Below, in pieces: positions 1 through 10,611 of a stretch of 64,000 bases of DNA. The DNA is from a bacterium (GTDB taxonomy: Bacteria > Patescibacteriota > Minisyncoccia > Phycocordibacterales > UBA5272). A program made the translations under genes and the position numbers. Position 1 is the first letter of the stretch; each line of letters opens with the position of its first letter. Under the pieces are notes generated by a model, which saw only the letters and a program-made list of their open reading frames with translations, had not been told where the DNA came from and did no database searches. The DNA lies in the NCBI GenBank assembly GCA_027482685.1, contig JAIXVU010000001.1, positions 64,910 through 128,909 on the forward strand, written 5' to 3'.

Positions 1-1
1 C

Positions 2-427
2 CAGAATCCTCAAGTCTACAATGGTGCAGGACATAATGGTGTTGACTTTGGTGTTCCAAGCGGAACTCCATTATATTCAGCAGCTGCAGGTACTGTCCTT
101 GGCACTGGAGATACTGATCTTGCCTGTAGCGGTGTGTCATACGGTAAGTGGGTTTTAATTAAGCATCCAAATGGACTAACCACGCTTTACGCACATCTAT
201 CTGTTATACAGGTGTCTACTGGTCAAGCTGTAACATCCGGGCAAAAAATAGGACTCTCTGGAAATACAGGTTATAGTACTGGACCGCATTTACATTTTAC
301 AGTATTTGCATCTGATGCAGTACGTATCTCGGGGCCAACAGAGTATAAGAGTAGAGTATGCGGTACGTATATGATATTGCCACTTTCTCCGCGATCGGGC
401 TACCTCAACCCACTTACGTACTTTTAG
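2..427 (+). CDS. M23 family metallopeptidase, C-terminal part (5' truncated by window edge)
   Basis: Frame open from base 2: ...GHNGVDFG (HxxxD)...YGKWVLIKH...TLYAHLS...STGPHLHF (HxH) M23 motifs. Confidence 0.9.
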   Translation, partial: QNPQVYNGAGHNGVDFGVPSGTPLYSAAAGTVLGTGDTDLACSGVSYGKWVLIKHPNGLTTLYAHLSVIQVSTGQAVTSGQKIGLSGNTGYSTGPHLHFTVFASDAVRISGPTEYKSRVCGTYMILPLSPRSGYLNPLTYF

Positions 428-475
428 TTTTTATGCTGGCTTTTTTTAGTTCTTTACACTAGAATACATCCACGT

Positions 476-571
476 ATGATAGTTATCTCCATCTCCGGTT
501 TCTTAGGATTACTACTTCTTGTTTTGATAATTGGTGTGATACTAGGTTCTAGCTACATTTTATTTAAGTAA
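476..571 (+). CDS. 31-aa single-TM small protein (MIVISISGFLGLLLLVLIIGVILGSSYILFK)
   Basis: Translated by hand; wholly hydrophobic; TACACT -10-like box ~15 nt upstream. Confidence 0.4.
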   Translation: MIVISISGFLGLLLLVLIIGVILGSSYILFK

Positions 572-808
572 GCATAATACTAAGAATAGCCTTTATTCTA
601 GGATATATAGTCGTAAAAGATATATTGTGCGACATTAACATTATACTAAACCCCTATCAAATATAGCTTTGTAAGAGCTAAGCTGATTCATCTACGTTTT
701 TTCTCAAACTCTGTTATATTATTCTTTAATAGAGTTATTAATAACTCCCCTTACGTACCCGCTTTACTTGTATATCTACCTACTATTGTTTATTCATGAT
801 ACGTCATA

Positions 809-834
809 GTAATAGTTAGCTTGCTAACTATTAC
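809..834. promoter_or_regulatory. 12-bp inverted repeat, candidate MarR operator
   Basis: GTAATAGTTAGC-TT-GCTAACTATTAC just upstream of TGCTATACT -10 box of the marR-like gene. Confidence 0.5.
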
Positions 835-885
835 ATACTTTGCTATACTTGTGGATAACTAGATCTTGCTAGTTGTAGATATCCT

Positions 886-1419
886 ATGCCATCTGTTACA
901 CCTAAAAAAGTAAAACCCCTTAGAGCGCAACCTTCACAGCTCATAGATACAGATGTCGTATCTTGCTCGTCTGATAATTCCAGGGATTTCTCACAGAGCT
1001 TCATGTATAACTTACATCAGATTTTCTTTCTCCTTGAGAAACATCTTGAGTCTACCCTTCTTCGAGATAAGAATATTTCTTTTTCTCAGTTCATGATTCT
1101 TGTAGGGTTTGATTGCCGAAAGGAGAAAAGCATTTCTCAAAAAATGATAGCTGAAAAGTTATATCTTACAGAAGCAACTGTAAGTCGCCATATAAATACT
1201 CTTGTTAAACTCGGCCATCTTGTCCAAACTATTGATAAAGAAAATCGTCGCAAGAAAACGATCGATATAACCCTGTCAGGAAAAAAGGCTTTTGAGAAAG
1301 CTAGAAACAGCATCGATAAAGAACTTAATGTAATTTTTGCTTCTATTTTAGTATCTGACCGAGCATCCATCCTTAAAAATTTTACAAACGTACGTAAACA
1401 ACTTCTTACCAAGAAGTGA
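886..1419 (+). CDS. MarR family transcriptional regulator
   Basis: wHTH signature SQKMIAEKLYLTEATVSRHINTLVKLGHL...DKENRRKK; heads efflux operon. Confidence 0.9.
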   Translation: MPSVTPKKVKPLRAQPSQLIDTDVVSCSSDNSRDFSQSFMYNLHQIFFLLEKHLESTLLRDKNISFSQFMILVGFDCRKEKSISQKMIAEKLYLTEATVSRHINTLVKLGHLVQTIDKENRRKKTIDITLSGKKAFEKARNSIDKELNVIFASILVSDRASILKNFTNVRKQLLTKK

Positions 1420-1440
1420 TTATTATAAACACATCTATAT

Positions 1441-3072
1441 ATGAACAAACATCTGTCTAGAATCCTAACCTATATCAAACTCATATCACAGCAACTCAAA
1501 GAATGGTTCATGGAGCTAACAATACGTAACAAAGTCCTAGTCATAGTTACCCTTCTTGTCGCTATCTTTATAGTTAGCAATCTCTTTGGTGGTAAAACAA
1601 TCACAGAAGAGGTTGTAAATGCTCCACGTGCGGTTACTCTTGTTACACTTAATGATCTTGCAAACGGTGAGGCGGGTCTTCCTCTTTTAGGAACAGTAAC
1701 ATCAGTGAGTGAGGCAACTATTAGATCAGAATCTTCTGGTAAGCTAACTCGCGTATACAGAAAGTTAGGTGATTTTGTATCTGCTGGACAAGTAATTGCA
1801 GAGTTTGAGAATAGTGCTGAACGAGCTTCGGTTCTTCAAGCGGAAGGTGCGTATGACGCTGCAAAAGCAGCACGTGATATTGCACGTATAAACAGCGGAA
1901 CAACAAATACTTCACTAACTGATACTAAGCAGAGCGCTCTTAATGCTATCTCTAACGCGTATGTAACTATGGATGATAGTATTCGTGTAAAGACCGATGC
2001 CGCATATAAAAATCCTCGTAATGACGACCTGCGGTTCATTGTTTCTGTTCCAGATTCTGCTCTTGTGCTCTCTCTTGAAACAAAAAGAAAGTTGATAGAA
2101 AAAACTCTTCTTGCTCGTGAAGCTCGTAACAAAACCCTAACAACAAGTAGCGATCTTCAATCAGAACTACAACAAGTCCAGAACGAAGTACAAACAGTGA
2201 AGCTTTATCTTGATGATTTAGCTACTGCATATGCCAAAGCAATACCAGATAACACATTCACTCAAGTAGCTCTTGATGGTAATAAAGTAACAGTTGGAGG
2301 AGTACGGTCAGTAATTTCAGGAACAATTAACTCTTTAGTTGGTGCTAAAACCGCTCTCTCTAATAGCTCCGCTGCACAAGAAATTGCCGGTAAGACTAGT
2401 GGTCAAGGAGATACAGGAGTTACAACGGCAGATGCTGGTGTAAAACAAGCACTCGGCGTGTACCAAGGAGCTCTTTCTAGATTAGAAAAGACAGTTATTC
2501 GTAGTCCAATTAGCGGTACCCTTAACTCTCTTTCAATCGAAACAGGAGATTTTATACAAAGTTTTACTGAGATAGGTGTTGTGTCTAATAACGGATCACT
2601 TGAGGTTGTAACCTACGTAACAGAGGATAATAAAAACCGCGCAATTGTAGGAACCCCAGTAGTTATTGATGGTAATGTTAAAGGTGTTATTACACGTGTT
2701 GCAGGAGCGCTTGATCCTCGTACTAAAAAAATTGAGGTTCGTATAGGTATTACAGATAAACAGACAAAACTTATCAATGGTCAATCTGTTCGTATAGAAG
2801 TAACAACTCCAGTCAGTAAAAATACTACTTCAAAAACTCAAGTGAAAAAAGATACCCCAGCTAATGTCCCTCTCTCAGCACTCAAGATAACACCAAAAGG
2901 CAATTTAGTATTTACCGTAGATGCTTCAAGTACTCTTGTTGCAATTCCTGTAACTATTGGAGCATTACTTGGAGATGAGATTCAGATTCTTGATGGACTG
3001 GATGCAAATGTTCAAATTGTAAAAGATGCTCGTGGGTTAAAGGAAGGTCAATCAGTAACAATAAGCGAGTAA
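1441..3072 (+). CDS. RND efflux periplasmic adaptor (HlyD/AcrA-like membrane fusion protein)
   Basis: N-terminal TM, lipoyl half-motifs (SESSGKL..GDFVSAGQVI; IRSPISGT..GDFI), long coiled coil. Confidence 0.9.
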   Translation: MNKHLSRILTYIKLISQQLKEWFMELTIRNKVLVIVTLLVAIFIVSNLFGGKTITEEVVNAPRAVTLVTLNDLANGEAGLPLLGTVTSVSEATIRSESSGKLTRVYRKLGDFVSAGQVIAEFENSAERASVLQAEGAYDAAKAARDIARINSGTTNTSLTDTKQSALNAISNAYVTMDDSIRVKTDAAYKNPRNDDLRFIVSVPDSALVLSLETKRKLIEKTLLAREARNKTLTTSSDLQSELQQVQNEVQTVKLYLDDLATAYAKAIPDNTFTQVALDGNKVTVGGVRSVISGTINSLVGAKTALSNSSAAQEIAGKTSGQGDTGVTTADAGVKQALGVYQGALSRLEKTVIRSPISGTLNSLSIETGDFIQSFTEIGVVSNNGSLEVVTYVTEDNKNRAIVGTPVVIDGNVKGVITRVAGALDPRTKKIEVRIGITDKQTKLINGQSVRIEVTTPVSKNTTSKTQVKKDTPANVPLSALKITPKGNLVFTVDASSTLVAIPVTIGALLGDEIQILDGLDANVQIVKDARGLKEGQSVTISE

Positions 3073-3102
3073 TAATTAGCAACACCTTAACTTTCTACAT
3101 CT

Positions 3103-6100
3103 ATGCACTCACTCTGGATATTTTTTCTAAAAAAACGAGCTTTTACCTATATGGTAATGTTCGCTCTTGTTACTGTTGGGTTATACTCGCTTGTCGCAAT
3201 TCCTAAAGAATCATCACCCGAAGTCATCATTCCTGTTGGGGTTGTATCAACTGTTCTCCGTGGAGCATCCGCTGAAGATACAGAAAAGCTCATCACTAAT
3301 AAGATTGAAGAAGAAGTTGGCAACATTGAAAATATAGATACAGTAACCTCGTCATCTCGTGAAGGTGTGTCTGTTGTTACAGCACAGTTTAACGCGTCTG
3401 CTGATATAGATAAATCTATTCAAGATCTGAAAGACGCTGTAGATAGAGCAAAGCCTGATTTACCATCTGATGCTCTTGAGCCAGTTGTGACTAAGATAAA
3501 CTTCTCTGACCAGCCTATAGTTATTGTGTCTATCTCACAAGATGTATCCCCTGCTACTCTTACTGCTCTTGGAGATGAGCTTGAAAGTGAGATGAAGAAA
3601 ATAAAAGGAGTATCTAAAGTAGAAGTTGCCGGCACAAGGAAACGCGAAGTACAAGTTGTTATTCGAAAGGATCAACTTGCAAAGTATGGTCTCTCGATAT
3701 CGCAAGTCATAGGTGCTGTATCGTCGGCTAATGCATCATTACCTATTGGTCGTATTACTGTAGCTGATGTTGACTATCCGATTACGTTTGCTGGAGATAT
3801 TACAGAAGGCTCTCAAGTGTCTGATATTACTATCACCTCAAATAATGGTGTGCCTATTTATCTTCGTGATGTTGCTTTTGTGTCTGATGGTTTGCAATCT
3901 CCTACAACATTCTCTCGTGTATCTGTTAACGGAGCTCCAGCTGAACAAGCACTCACGCTTAATATTTACAAAAAATCAGGTGGAGATGTTACAAAGATTG
4001 CGTCTGATGTTCGTGCAAAACTTGATGAGCTTAAAAAAACTACACTCGCTTCATCTCAAGTTGTAATTTCTTTTGATAGAGGCTCACTTGTTGAGAAGGA
4101 TCTCAAAGACCTTACTCGTGTGGGGTTAGAAACGGTTGCTCTTGTGATGCTAGTACTATTTCTAACTATCGGGTGGCGTGAGTCTATTGTAGCTGGACTT
4201 TCTATTCCCCTCTCGTTTGTTATTGCGTTTATTGGACTATACGCCTCAGGGAATACGATTAACTTTGTGTCACTCTTTTCGTTGATTCTTGCTATTGGTA
4301 TTTTGGTGGATTCGGGTATTGTGGTAGCCGAAGGGATACATACACGTATGAAAAAATTCGGCAACTCAGAGACTGCTGCACTAGCAACCATAAAAGAATA
4401 TGCATGGCCTCTCATTGCTGGAACAATGACTACTGTTGCTGTGTTTGCACCACTTTTCTTTATTTCAGGGACAACAGGTAAGTTTATTGCATCTATTCCC
4501 TTTACCATTATATTCGTATTGATTGCCTCAATCTTCGTAGCCCTTGGTATGGTTCCCCTTCTTGCTATTTTACTTACAAAGCCTCACAGTGAAGGTCGTC
4601 TTGAAAAGATGCAAGAACATCTCTCAGTATCTGCTCGTGCATGGTATAAGAAATTATTAGGTATTATTTTTGCGAGTCGGAAGCTTCAAAATAGGTTCTT
4701 TCTTGCTCTTGGTGTTGGTTTTGTTATTTCACTGTTGCTTCCTGTGCTTGGGCTAGTAAAAGTACAGTTCTTCCCACAGGATAACCAAGACTTCGTATAC
4801 ATCACTCTTGAAAAGCCACAAGGTACACCACTTTCTGTTACCGATCTTGGTATTCGTCAGGTGGAAGAGAGTCTCTATACAAGTTCGCTTGTAGATTCTT
4901 TCGTAACGACAGTTGGTGCTGGATCTGCATTTGCTGATAACGGAGGCGGAGTAAATACTAAGATTGCAAACATCACTGTTATTCTAAAGAAAGATAGAGA
5001 GCTAACATCTACTGAAGCCATAGAAGTATTCCGTAAAGACTTTTCTCTTATTACATCCGCTGATGTTCGTGTCTCACAAGGTAATAATGGCCCACCATCT
5101 GGTGCTCCTGTCGTTATAAAATTCTTAGGAGATGACTTAGATGCACTGTCCCTCACAGCTGATAACGCAGAGAGAATACTAAAAACAGTTGATGGCACTC
5201 TTGATGTACAGACCTCTCTTCGCGATGATGGTACACAGTTTGAAATTAAGATAGACAGAGCAAAAGCAGCCCAAGTAGGCCTAACTGCAGCATCTGTTGC
5301 TCAGACACTTCGCGCTTCGGTCTCAGGCGTTACCGCAACAACTATCAAGAAACAATCAGATGATATCGATGTCGTTGTAAAGTCTGACCTTAACGGTAAC
5401 TTTATCAACCCAGAAGATACCATTAAAACAACAATAGATAGTATCACTGAACTCCCTATCACAACACCAACGGGTACTATATTACTAGGCTCTCTTGTAG
5501 ATGTTTCTGTTGTTCCTTCACGCGCTGTTATTAATCATGAAGATATGAAGCGTCTCGCAAGTGTCTCCAGCCAGCTCAAGCCTGACGCAACAGCTGTTGA
5601 AGTAGTATCCGCATTTAAAAAACGAGAGAAAGAACTCAATCTCCCAGAAGGTGTATCCATAAATTATGGTGGAGAAAATGAAGAAGTAAATAATTCATTC
5701 CGTGACATGTTCCTCGCTCTCATTGCCGGTATGGTCGGTATGCTTGCAATACTTGTTCTTGAGTTCAATTCATTCCGATTTGCACTGTATCTACTTTTCA
5801 CCGTACCGTTATCGCTTATTGGAGTGTTGGGAGGACTCGCAATCACAGGTAAAACACTATCGTTCTCATCCATGCTTGGATTTATCGCACTCGCCGGAGT
5901 TATCATTAACCATGCTATTATCTTGCTTGATTCTATCTTACATAGACTAGAAGCAGAAAAGATAGCAAAGAGCGGGCTTAAACTATATGACATTGTTATC
6001 GACTCTGCATCTATTCGTCTACGTCCTATCATCCTCACTACCGTTACCACTGTTGTGGGAATGATACCACTAGCAGGAGCATCAGCTCTTTGGGGACCAC

Positions 6101-6210
6101 TTGCGTTTGCCATTATGTTCGGACTGACATTTGCAATGATACTAACACTTATTCTTGTTCCCCTCCTCTTCTATAGATATCCAGGGAAGAAGTATGAAGA
6201 TATGAAGTAG
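3103..6210 (+). CDS. AcrB/AcrD/AcrF family RND efflux permease
   Basis: 1035 aa, 12-TM pattern, GILVDSGIVV and RLRPIILTT motifs. Confidence 0.95.
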   Translation: MHSLWIFFLKKRAFTYMVMFALVTVGLYSLVAIPKESSPEVIIPVGVVSTVLRGASAEDTEKLITNKIEEEVGNIENIDTVTSSSREGVSVVTAQFNASADIDKSIQDLKDAVDRAKPDLPSDALEPVVTKINFSDQPIVIVSISQDVSPATLTALGDELESEMKKIKGVSKVEVAGTRKREVQVVIRKDQLAKYGLSISQVIGAVSSANASLPIGRITVADVDYPITFAGDITEGSQVSDITITSNNGVPIYLRDVAFVSDGLQSPTTFSRVSVNGAPAEQALTLNIYKKSGGDVTKIASDVRAKLDELKKTTLASSQVVISFDRGSLVEKDLKDLTRVGLETVALVMLVLFLTIGWRESIVAGLSIPLSFVIAFIGLYASGNTINFVSLFSLILAIGILVDSGIVVAEGIHTRMKKFGNSETAALATIKEYAWPLIAGTMTTVAVFAPLFFISGTTGKFIASIPFTIIFVLIASIFVALGMVPLLAILLTKPHSEGRLEKMQEHLSVSARAWYKKLLGIIFASRKLQNRFFLALGVGFVISLLLPVLGLVKVQFFPQDNQDFVYITLEKPQGTPLSVTDLGIRQVEESLYTSSLVDSFVTTVGAGSAFADNGGGVNTKIANITVILKKDRELTSTEAIEVFRKDFSLITSADVRVSQGNNGPPSGAPVVIKFLGDDLDALSLTADNAERILKTVDGTLDVQTSLRDDGTQFEIKIDRAKAAQVGLTAASVAQTLRASVSGVTATTIKKQSDDIDVVVKSDLNGNFINPEDTIKTTIDSITELPITTPTGTILLGSLVDVSVVPSRAVINHEDMKRLASVSSQLKPDATAVEVVSAFKKREKELNLPEGVSINYGGENEEVNNSFRDMFLALIAGMVGMLAILVLEFNSFRFALYLLFTVPLSLIGVLGGLAITGKTLSFSSMLGFIALAGVIINHAIILLDSILHRLEAEKIAKSGLKLYDIVIDSASIRLRPIILTTVTTVVGMIPLAGASALWGPLAFAIMFGLTFAMILTLILVPLLFYRYPGKKYEDMK

Positions 6211-6295
6211 GGTACATTTGTGTTCTTGATAAGAAGGTATTAGGTGATTCGATACGTCGCAAACTCATTGTAAAAGTTTTGTTGTCTTTCTTTGT

Positions 6296-6387
6296 AACCC
6301 CACTATTTCAAAGCACGACAATTTCTTGCTAGAAATTGTCTCTGTTCCGCGCCGTCGCGCTACACAAGGCTTTGAAATAGTGGGGTT
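6296..6387 (-). repeat. Structured ~92-nt element, copy A (homologous to 14141-14233)
   Basis: Perfect 19-bp terminal IR enclosing two hairpins; core shared with copy B. Confidence 0.75.
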
Positions 6388-6412
6388 GGGTGTGGTGGAA
6401 TACAATACAAAA

Positions 6413-6456
6413 AAGCCCCTCACTCACGTCGTCACGACATTAGTATTGAGGGGCTT
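6413..6456 (-). terminator. Intrinsic terminator of 6497-7675
   Basis: AAGCCCCTCA...TGAGGGGCTT stem followed by T-run on minus strand. Confidence 0.65.
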
Positions 6457-6496
6457 GGTCATCCATGGGCCTTCACAGGCGGTGGATGACGAGAGT

Positions 6497-7675
6497 TCAC
6501 TTCTGCTTCACATCCACGACTGCATTGGCGCGGTTCGGGATGTAGGCGCAACGTTCGTCCGGTTTCAGCTTCACTCCACCGCAGGTTGTTTGCGGAACGT
6601 TCTTGACGACTTTCGGAGTGAAGGACTGAATGAATGGCGCCTTGGGGGCCTCGATCCTGGGTGCAGGGTCGATGGCGACCGGTGGGGTGAACACCGCTGG
6701 CGGGCGCGGAGTACGGAAGACCTGTGTCTCCGTATATCCACATGGGAGCTTCTGAATGTTGTTTCCGAAGCTCTGGACACCGCCTTGATTGCTCACACCC
6801 AGGGCTCCATTCTGACCGTTTGCGGCAATACCGCTGCCGGCTGAACTGCCAACAATGAAGTTTGTGATCACGGCCTGATAGCCGCTCACACGACGTTGCA
6901 TTGTTACAAGATCCCCATCAATCCCGACAACTTCCCAGTTGTGGAAGACGTGAGAGGATCCGGGCACGGGCACGATCTTGGAGACTGTGCCATTTGACCT
7001 GGTCTTGGTGACCAATCCAAGGAAGGTGGCATGAGTTGCCACGACTTCACGGTCTACCTCGACTGTGAAGTCTCCTCCACAGCTCGTGATGATGCTCATC
7101 CCGAGCTGGCTCGCAGACATGATCTGCGGAGGGAGGCCTACCACTGCCGACTGCACTGGCGCGCGCACTGCTTGGTACACAGTGCCGCCGATCGTAGTGG
7201 TGGTCGTGTTGCCCGCAGCGCCGTTCGCTGAAGCTTGACCGAAACCGCCAGCACCCCCAGTTGCACGAACGTTGTTCGTGATCTGGTTGATGTTCTCGTT
7301 CGCGCTTGTGATGCGCGACTGGAGCTCTGTCCGTTGCTGATTGCGTTGTTCCGCAGTCAGTGTCTGATTCGACTCGAGCGAGGTCATCTGGGTCTGGAGG
7401 CTGTTGAGCTCCGCCCGAGCCGCTGCTAGAGCAGCTTGCTGTTGTGCAGCCGTTGCAGCTGCAGCAGTGTTCAATTCCGACGGAGCCGGTTGCGGGGTTG
7501 CGGGTGTTGTCGGCGGATGGTTGGTCTTCGGGCAGACGGGGTCTGCACTGTGAGCCGAACCAGGTCCGTTCGCACGATCCCAGTCAACGCACTCTTGCTG
7601 AGTCCACGCGAAGGCGGGGCTCGCAAAGAGCATGGCCATGACTGCCGCCGCGATGGCGCTGATGATCTTTTCCAT
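6497..7675 (-). CDS. Secreted hypothetical protein (signal peptide, coiled coil, Gly/Pro-rich); GC-richer than host
   Basis: MEKIISAIAAAVMAMLFASPAFA signal peptide; SD GGAGAG; own promoter and terminator. Confidence 0.8.
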   Translation of the reverse strand: MEKIISAIAAAVMAMLFASPAFAWTQQECVDWDRANGPGSAHSADPVCPKTNHPPTTPATPQPAPSELNTAAAATAAQQQAALAAARAELNSLQTQMTSLESNQTLTAEQRNQQRTELQSRITSANENINQITNNVRATGGAGGFGQASANGAAGNTTTTTIGGTVYQAVRAPVQSAVVGLPPQIMSASQLGMSIITSCGGDFTVEVDREVVATHATFLGLVTKTRSNGTVSKIVPVPGSSHVFHNWEVVGIDGDLVTMQRRVSGYQAVITNFIVGSSAGSGIAANGQNGALGVSNQGGVQSFGNNIQKLPCGYTETQVFRTPRPPAVFTPPVAIDPAPRIEAPKAPFIQSFTPKVVKNVPQTTCGGVKLKPDERCAYIPNRANAVVDVKQK

Positions 7676-7767
7676 TTCGTTCTCTCCGTGGTTGCACGCG
7701 GTCTTTTTTAAATAACCAACGTGCAGGTTGAAATATGAACCTTAAACTTCAAGGTACAGCTGATAAG

Positions 7768-7796
7768 ATTATAGCAGATAAAAGTGCTTTTGTCAA
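7768..7796 (-). promoter_or_regulatory. Consensus sigma70 promoter for 6497-7675
   Basis: TTGACA-17 nt-TATAAT with extended TG. Confidence 0.8.
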
Positions 7797-7878
7797 TAGT
7801 TATCTTGACAAAATTGAGTATGCTATTTTATATATAAAAATTGCAAAAAAGTATTGTAAAATATAGCTATTAATGAAT

Positions 7879-9156
7879 CTAGCAATGAGTTCCTGCTACG
7901 TAGCCAGTAGTCCAACAGAGTTGGAGACTGTAGCCACCGGATGGTCTATCTATATTAAGCACGTCTCCTGTTATGTAGAGATTCTTTATAATTCGTGACT
8001 CCATAGTTCTAAAATCTACTTCTTTGAGTGCTACTCCGCCGGAAGAGACAACCGCTTTATCTTTTCCAAGTAGTTCTTTTACGTGAAGTGGTACTGCTTT
8101 CAAGAGTTTTACTATCGTTACCCTATCCTCACTACGTACACTGTGGCAAAATGTCTGCCCGTCAATCCCGGACAGTTCTAATATTGTAGCAATAAGTGTA
8201 CTTGGGATTAATTGGCTTAGGATGTTTTTTATTTTTTTATTGCTCTCATTTACTAAAAGAGTCTGAAGACGTTGTTTAAGAGCATTTGTATCGAGCTGTG
8301 GGAAGAGATCAAGCATAACAGTAACATCACCATACTTACATAACTCCCCTACGTCTTTGCTCATGTTAAGGACTGTTGGTCCGCTTATTCCGAAATGTGT
8401 GAAAAGGACTTTACCTTTGTAACTTTCCTGTTTGACGAGAGTTTCGTTATGGCTTTGATAGGTAGTGAGTTTGATATCTGTGAGTGTTAGCCCACTTACT
8501 TTCTTTACCCATGAGTCATGAAGGGCAATAGGTACAAGTGCCGCATCATCAACTGATATTGTATGTCCGAGCTTCTTTAACCAATTGAACCCTTCCCCTG
8601 TTGACCCAGTTTCTGGACGTGATGTTCCTCCAGTTGCGAGAATACACGATGTCGCATCAAATGTATTACCACTTTTGGTGCGTATAGTTATGAGCTCTCC
8701 TCCTTTTTTAATAGATATGCTATCCACTATGGTGCTTTTACGGACAGTTACGTTGTGTTCTTTCATATAAATATCTAGTACATCGTAGACTGATTGTGCA
8801 GAGTCCGATATTGGGAACAGTCTCCCCTCGTTCTCCTCTTTCATTTTCATACCACGGGATTCAAAAAAATCAATTGTACTCTGTACATTAAACTGTGAAA
8901 AAGCAGAGAAAAGAAATTGATCGTTCCCTTTATATTTTGCGAGCATGGTGCGATTATCAGGTTTGTTATTTGTGACATTACATCTGCCTCCTCCTGTGAT
9001 GAGTAGCTTTTTACCAAGAGACGAATTTTTCTCAAGCAGAAGCACACGCTTACCACGAGATGCAGCTGTACCTGCTGCCATCATACCGCTTGCTCCTCCG
9101 CCAATAACTATAACGTCCCAGACTGAGTTAGTATTTATTTTGTTTGTACCATTCAT
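7879..9156 (-). CDS. HI0933/BaiN family FAD-dependent oxidoreductase
   Basis: GGGASGMMAA, GKKLLITGGGRCNVTN, LFTHFGISGP, GGYSLQ motifs. Confidence 0.92.
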   Translation of the reverse strand: MNGTNKINTNSVWDVIVIGGGASGMMAAGTAASRGKRVLLLEKNSSLGKKLLITGGGRCNVTNNKPDNRTMLAKYKGNDQFLFSAFSQFNVQSTIDFFESRGMKMKEENEGRLFPISDSAQSVYDVLDIYMKEHNVTVRKSTIVDSISIKKGGELITIRTKSGNTFDATSCILATGGTSRPETGSTGEGFNWLKKLGHTISVDDAALVPIALHDSWVKKVSGLTLTDIKLTTYQSHNETLVKQESYKGKVLFTHFGISGPTVLNMSKDVGELCKYGDVTVMLDLFPQLDTNALKQRLQTLLVNESNKKIKNILSQLIPSTLIATILELSGIDGQTFCHSVRSEDRVTIVKLLKAVPLHVKELLGKDKAVVSSGGVALKEVDFRTMESRIIKNLYITGDVLNIDRPSGGYSLQLCWTTGYVAGTHC

Positions 9157-9877
9157 AAAGAGTTATTGCTACCGCATTTGATGCGTTTAAGGATTCTGCG
9201 CGTTTACTTATCGGAATAGAGAGACGAAAATCACACAACTCCTCTGTCATCTTTTGCAAACCTCTACCTTCATTGCCAATAACAATTACTGTATCAGTAT
9301 CAAATTTTGTGGTGTGGAGATTGGTCTCACCAGTCCCTGTTAGTCCATAAATCCAGAAGCTGTCTTTCTTAAGTTTCTCAAGTGTTGTATTAACATTACC
9401 AATTTTTATAATTGGAATAGAGAAGTTCATACCGGATGCACTTTTGATTACACTTCCAGTGAGAGCAACTTGCCCATGGGTTGGCATGAGAATAGCGGAA
9501 GCACCGAATGACACTGCGCTACGAATAATAGCTCCAACATTGTGAGGATCCTCTAATTCATCAAGTACTACGAGGAGTCTAGGAGATGCTGATTTTTTAC
9601 CTAGAATTTTTTCTAGTGAGGTGTAGAGCGTATCAGGAATAAGTGTCGCGCATATCCCTTGATGTACAGTGTCTTTACCGACCATACTCTCTATCTCATG
9701 TATTGTACTTAGTGTGTAAGGTTGGTTATAGGTCTGTAACAGGCTCATTGTGTCAGGATTATCAAGCTCACGTTTAGTGATATAGAGAACATCAATGATT
9801 TGACGAGCTTCACGACGTTGTGCAAGAAGGGCTTCTTTGAGTGGATTTTTACCGTAGAGATATGTATGAGATGACAT
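9128..9877 (-). CDS. rlmB: 23S rRNA (Gm2251) 2'-O-methyltransferase, SpoU/TrmH family
   Basis: HQGI, LDELEDPHNVGAIIRSA, GNEGRGL, SLNASNA motifs. Confidence 0.88.
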   Translation of the reverse strand: MSSHTYLYGKNPLKEALLAQRREARQIIDVLYITKRELDNPDTMSLLQTYNQPYTLSTIHEIESMVGKDTVHQGICATLIPDTLYTSLEKILGKKSASPRLLVVLDELEDPHNVGAIIRSAVSFGASAILMPTHGQVALTGSVIKSASGMNFSIPIIKIGNVNTTLEKLKKDSFWIYGLTGTGETNLHTTKFDTDTVIVIGNEGRGLQKMTEELCDFRLSIPISKRAESLNASNAVAITLYEWYKQNKY

Positions 9878-9942
9878 AGATACTTGCCAGTATAGCAAAT
9901 ATATGATGTTTTGAGAAGGTATCTATCTATGGAGTTGGTATC

Positions 9943-9981
9943 TAAGAAACACGCGACGCCGTAGGCGTCGCGTGTTTCTTA
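9943..9981. terminator. Long GC hairpin, terminator of 10016-10582
   Basis: TAAGAAACACGCGACGCC-GTA-GGCGTCGCGTGTTTCTTA. Confidence 0.7.
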
Positions 9982-10015
9982 TAAACTAGATATCTCACTT
10001 CTCGTGTAACAAATC

Positions 10016-10582
10016 TTAGTATGCTGTAAAGTTAACTGTAGATGGAGGGACGAAGTCCTTTTCACTAACAGTAGCGACTTCACAGTCATAATCCCCTATT
10101 TGTTCTGGGTTCCATATGTTACCTTTTACACTAGTATCTCCAGTTGGTTGACCTTCCGCATTATTTTTAAATTTAAAGCCCATCGTTGGCATAACCGATG
10201 TCCATGTGTAGGTAAATCCACCTGTAACAATGAAGTTTACTATTACTGATTTTCCTTCTGCTTGAGTTGCTATTTCACCTTTTACATTATCACCACGTAT
10301 GTATACGATACCCTTAGTTGATGTGGTGCCTGAGTTTTCGTTAATAGTACATTTATATGCTCCGCCTTGCTTAATAAACTGAGCAAACGACATCTTTTTC
10401 TCAGCAGGCACTGCTTGGGATGTTGTTGATGATAACGTAGTAGTGCTTGTATTTATACTAGGATTGGTAGTCACTTGCTCTACTTCTTCGTTAGTATTGT
10501 TAGAATTTGTATAATAATATCCGCCGAACGCAATTATTCCAATAATGATAATTCCTACGATTGATTTTCCTAGTGTTGTCAT
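10016..10582 (-). CDS. Membrane-anchored hypothetical protein
   Basis: N-terminal TM, Thr/Ser linker, Cys-containing beta domain. Confidence 0.75.
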   Translation of the reverse strand: MTTLGKSIVGIIIIGIIAFGGYYYTNSNNTNEEVEQVTTNPSINTSTTTLSSTTSQAVPAEKKMSFAQFIKQGGAYKCTINENSGTTSTKGIVYIRGDNVKGEIATQAEGKSVIVNFIVTGGFTYTWTSVMPTMGFKFKNNAEGQPTGDTSVKGNIWNPEQIGDYDCEVATVSEKDFVPPSTVNFTAY

Positions 10583-10611
10583 ACGTATAAGTATACTCTT
10601 TTTAGAAAAAA

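Noticed and set aside
6296-6387. Bona fide integron attC site
   Set aside because: AAC...GTT ends are present, but RYYYAAC/GTTRRRY do not both match on one strand, and there is no integron integrase or cassette array in the window; kept only as a loose analogy
6326-6844. 172-aa plus-strand ORF and other short overlapping ORFs at 6.4-7.7 kb
   Set aside because: Shadow ORFs of the GC-rich gene 6497-7675 that run through terminator and repeat sequence
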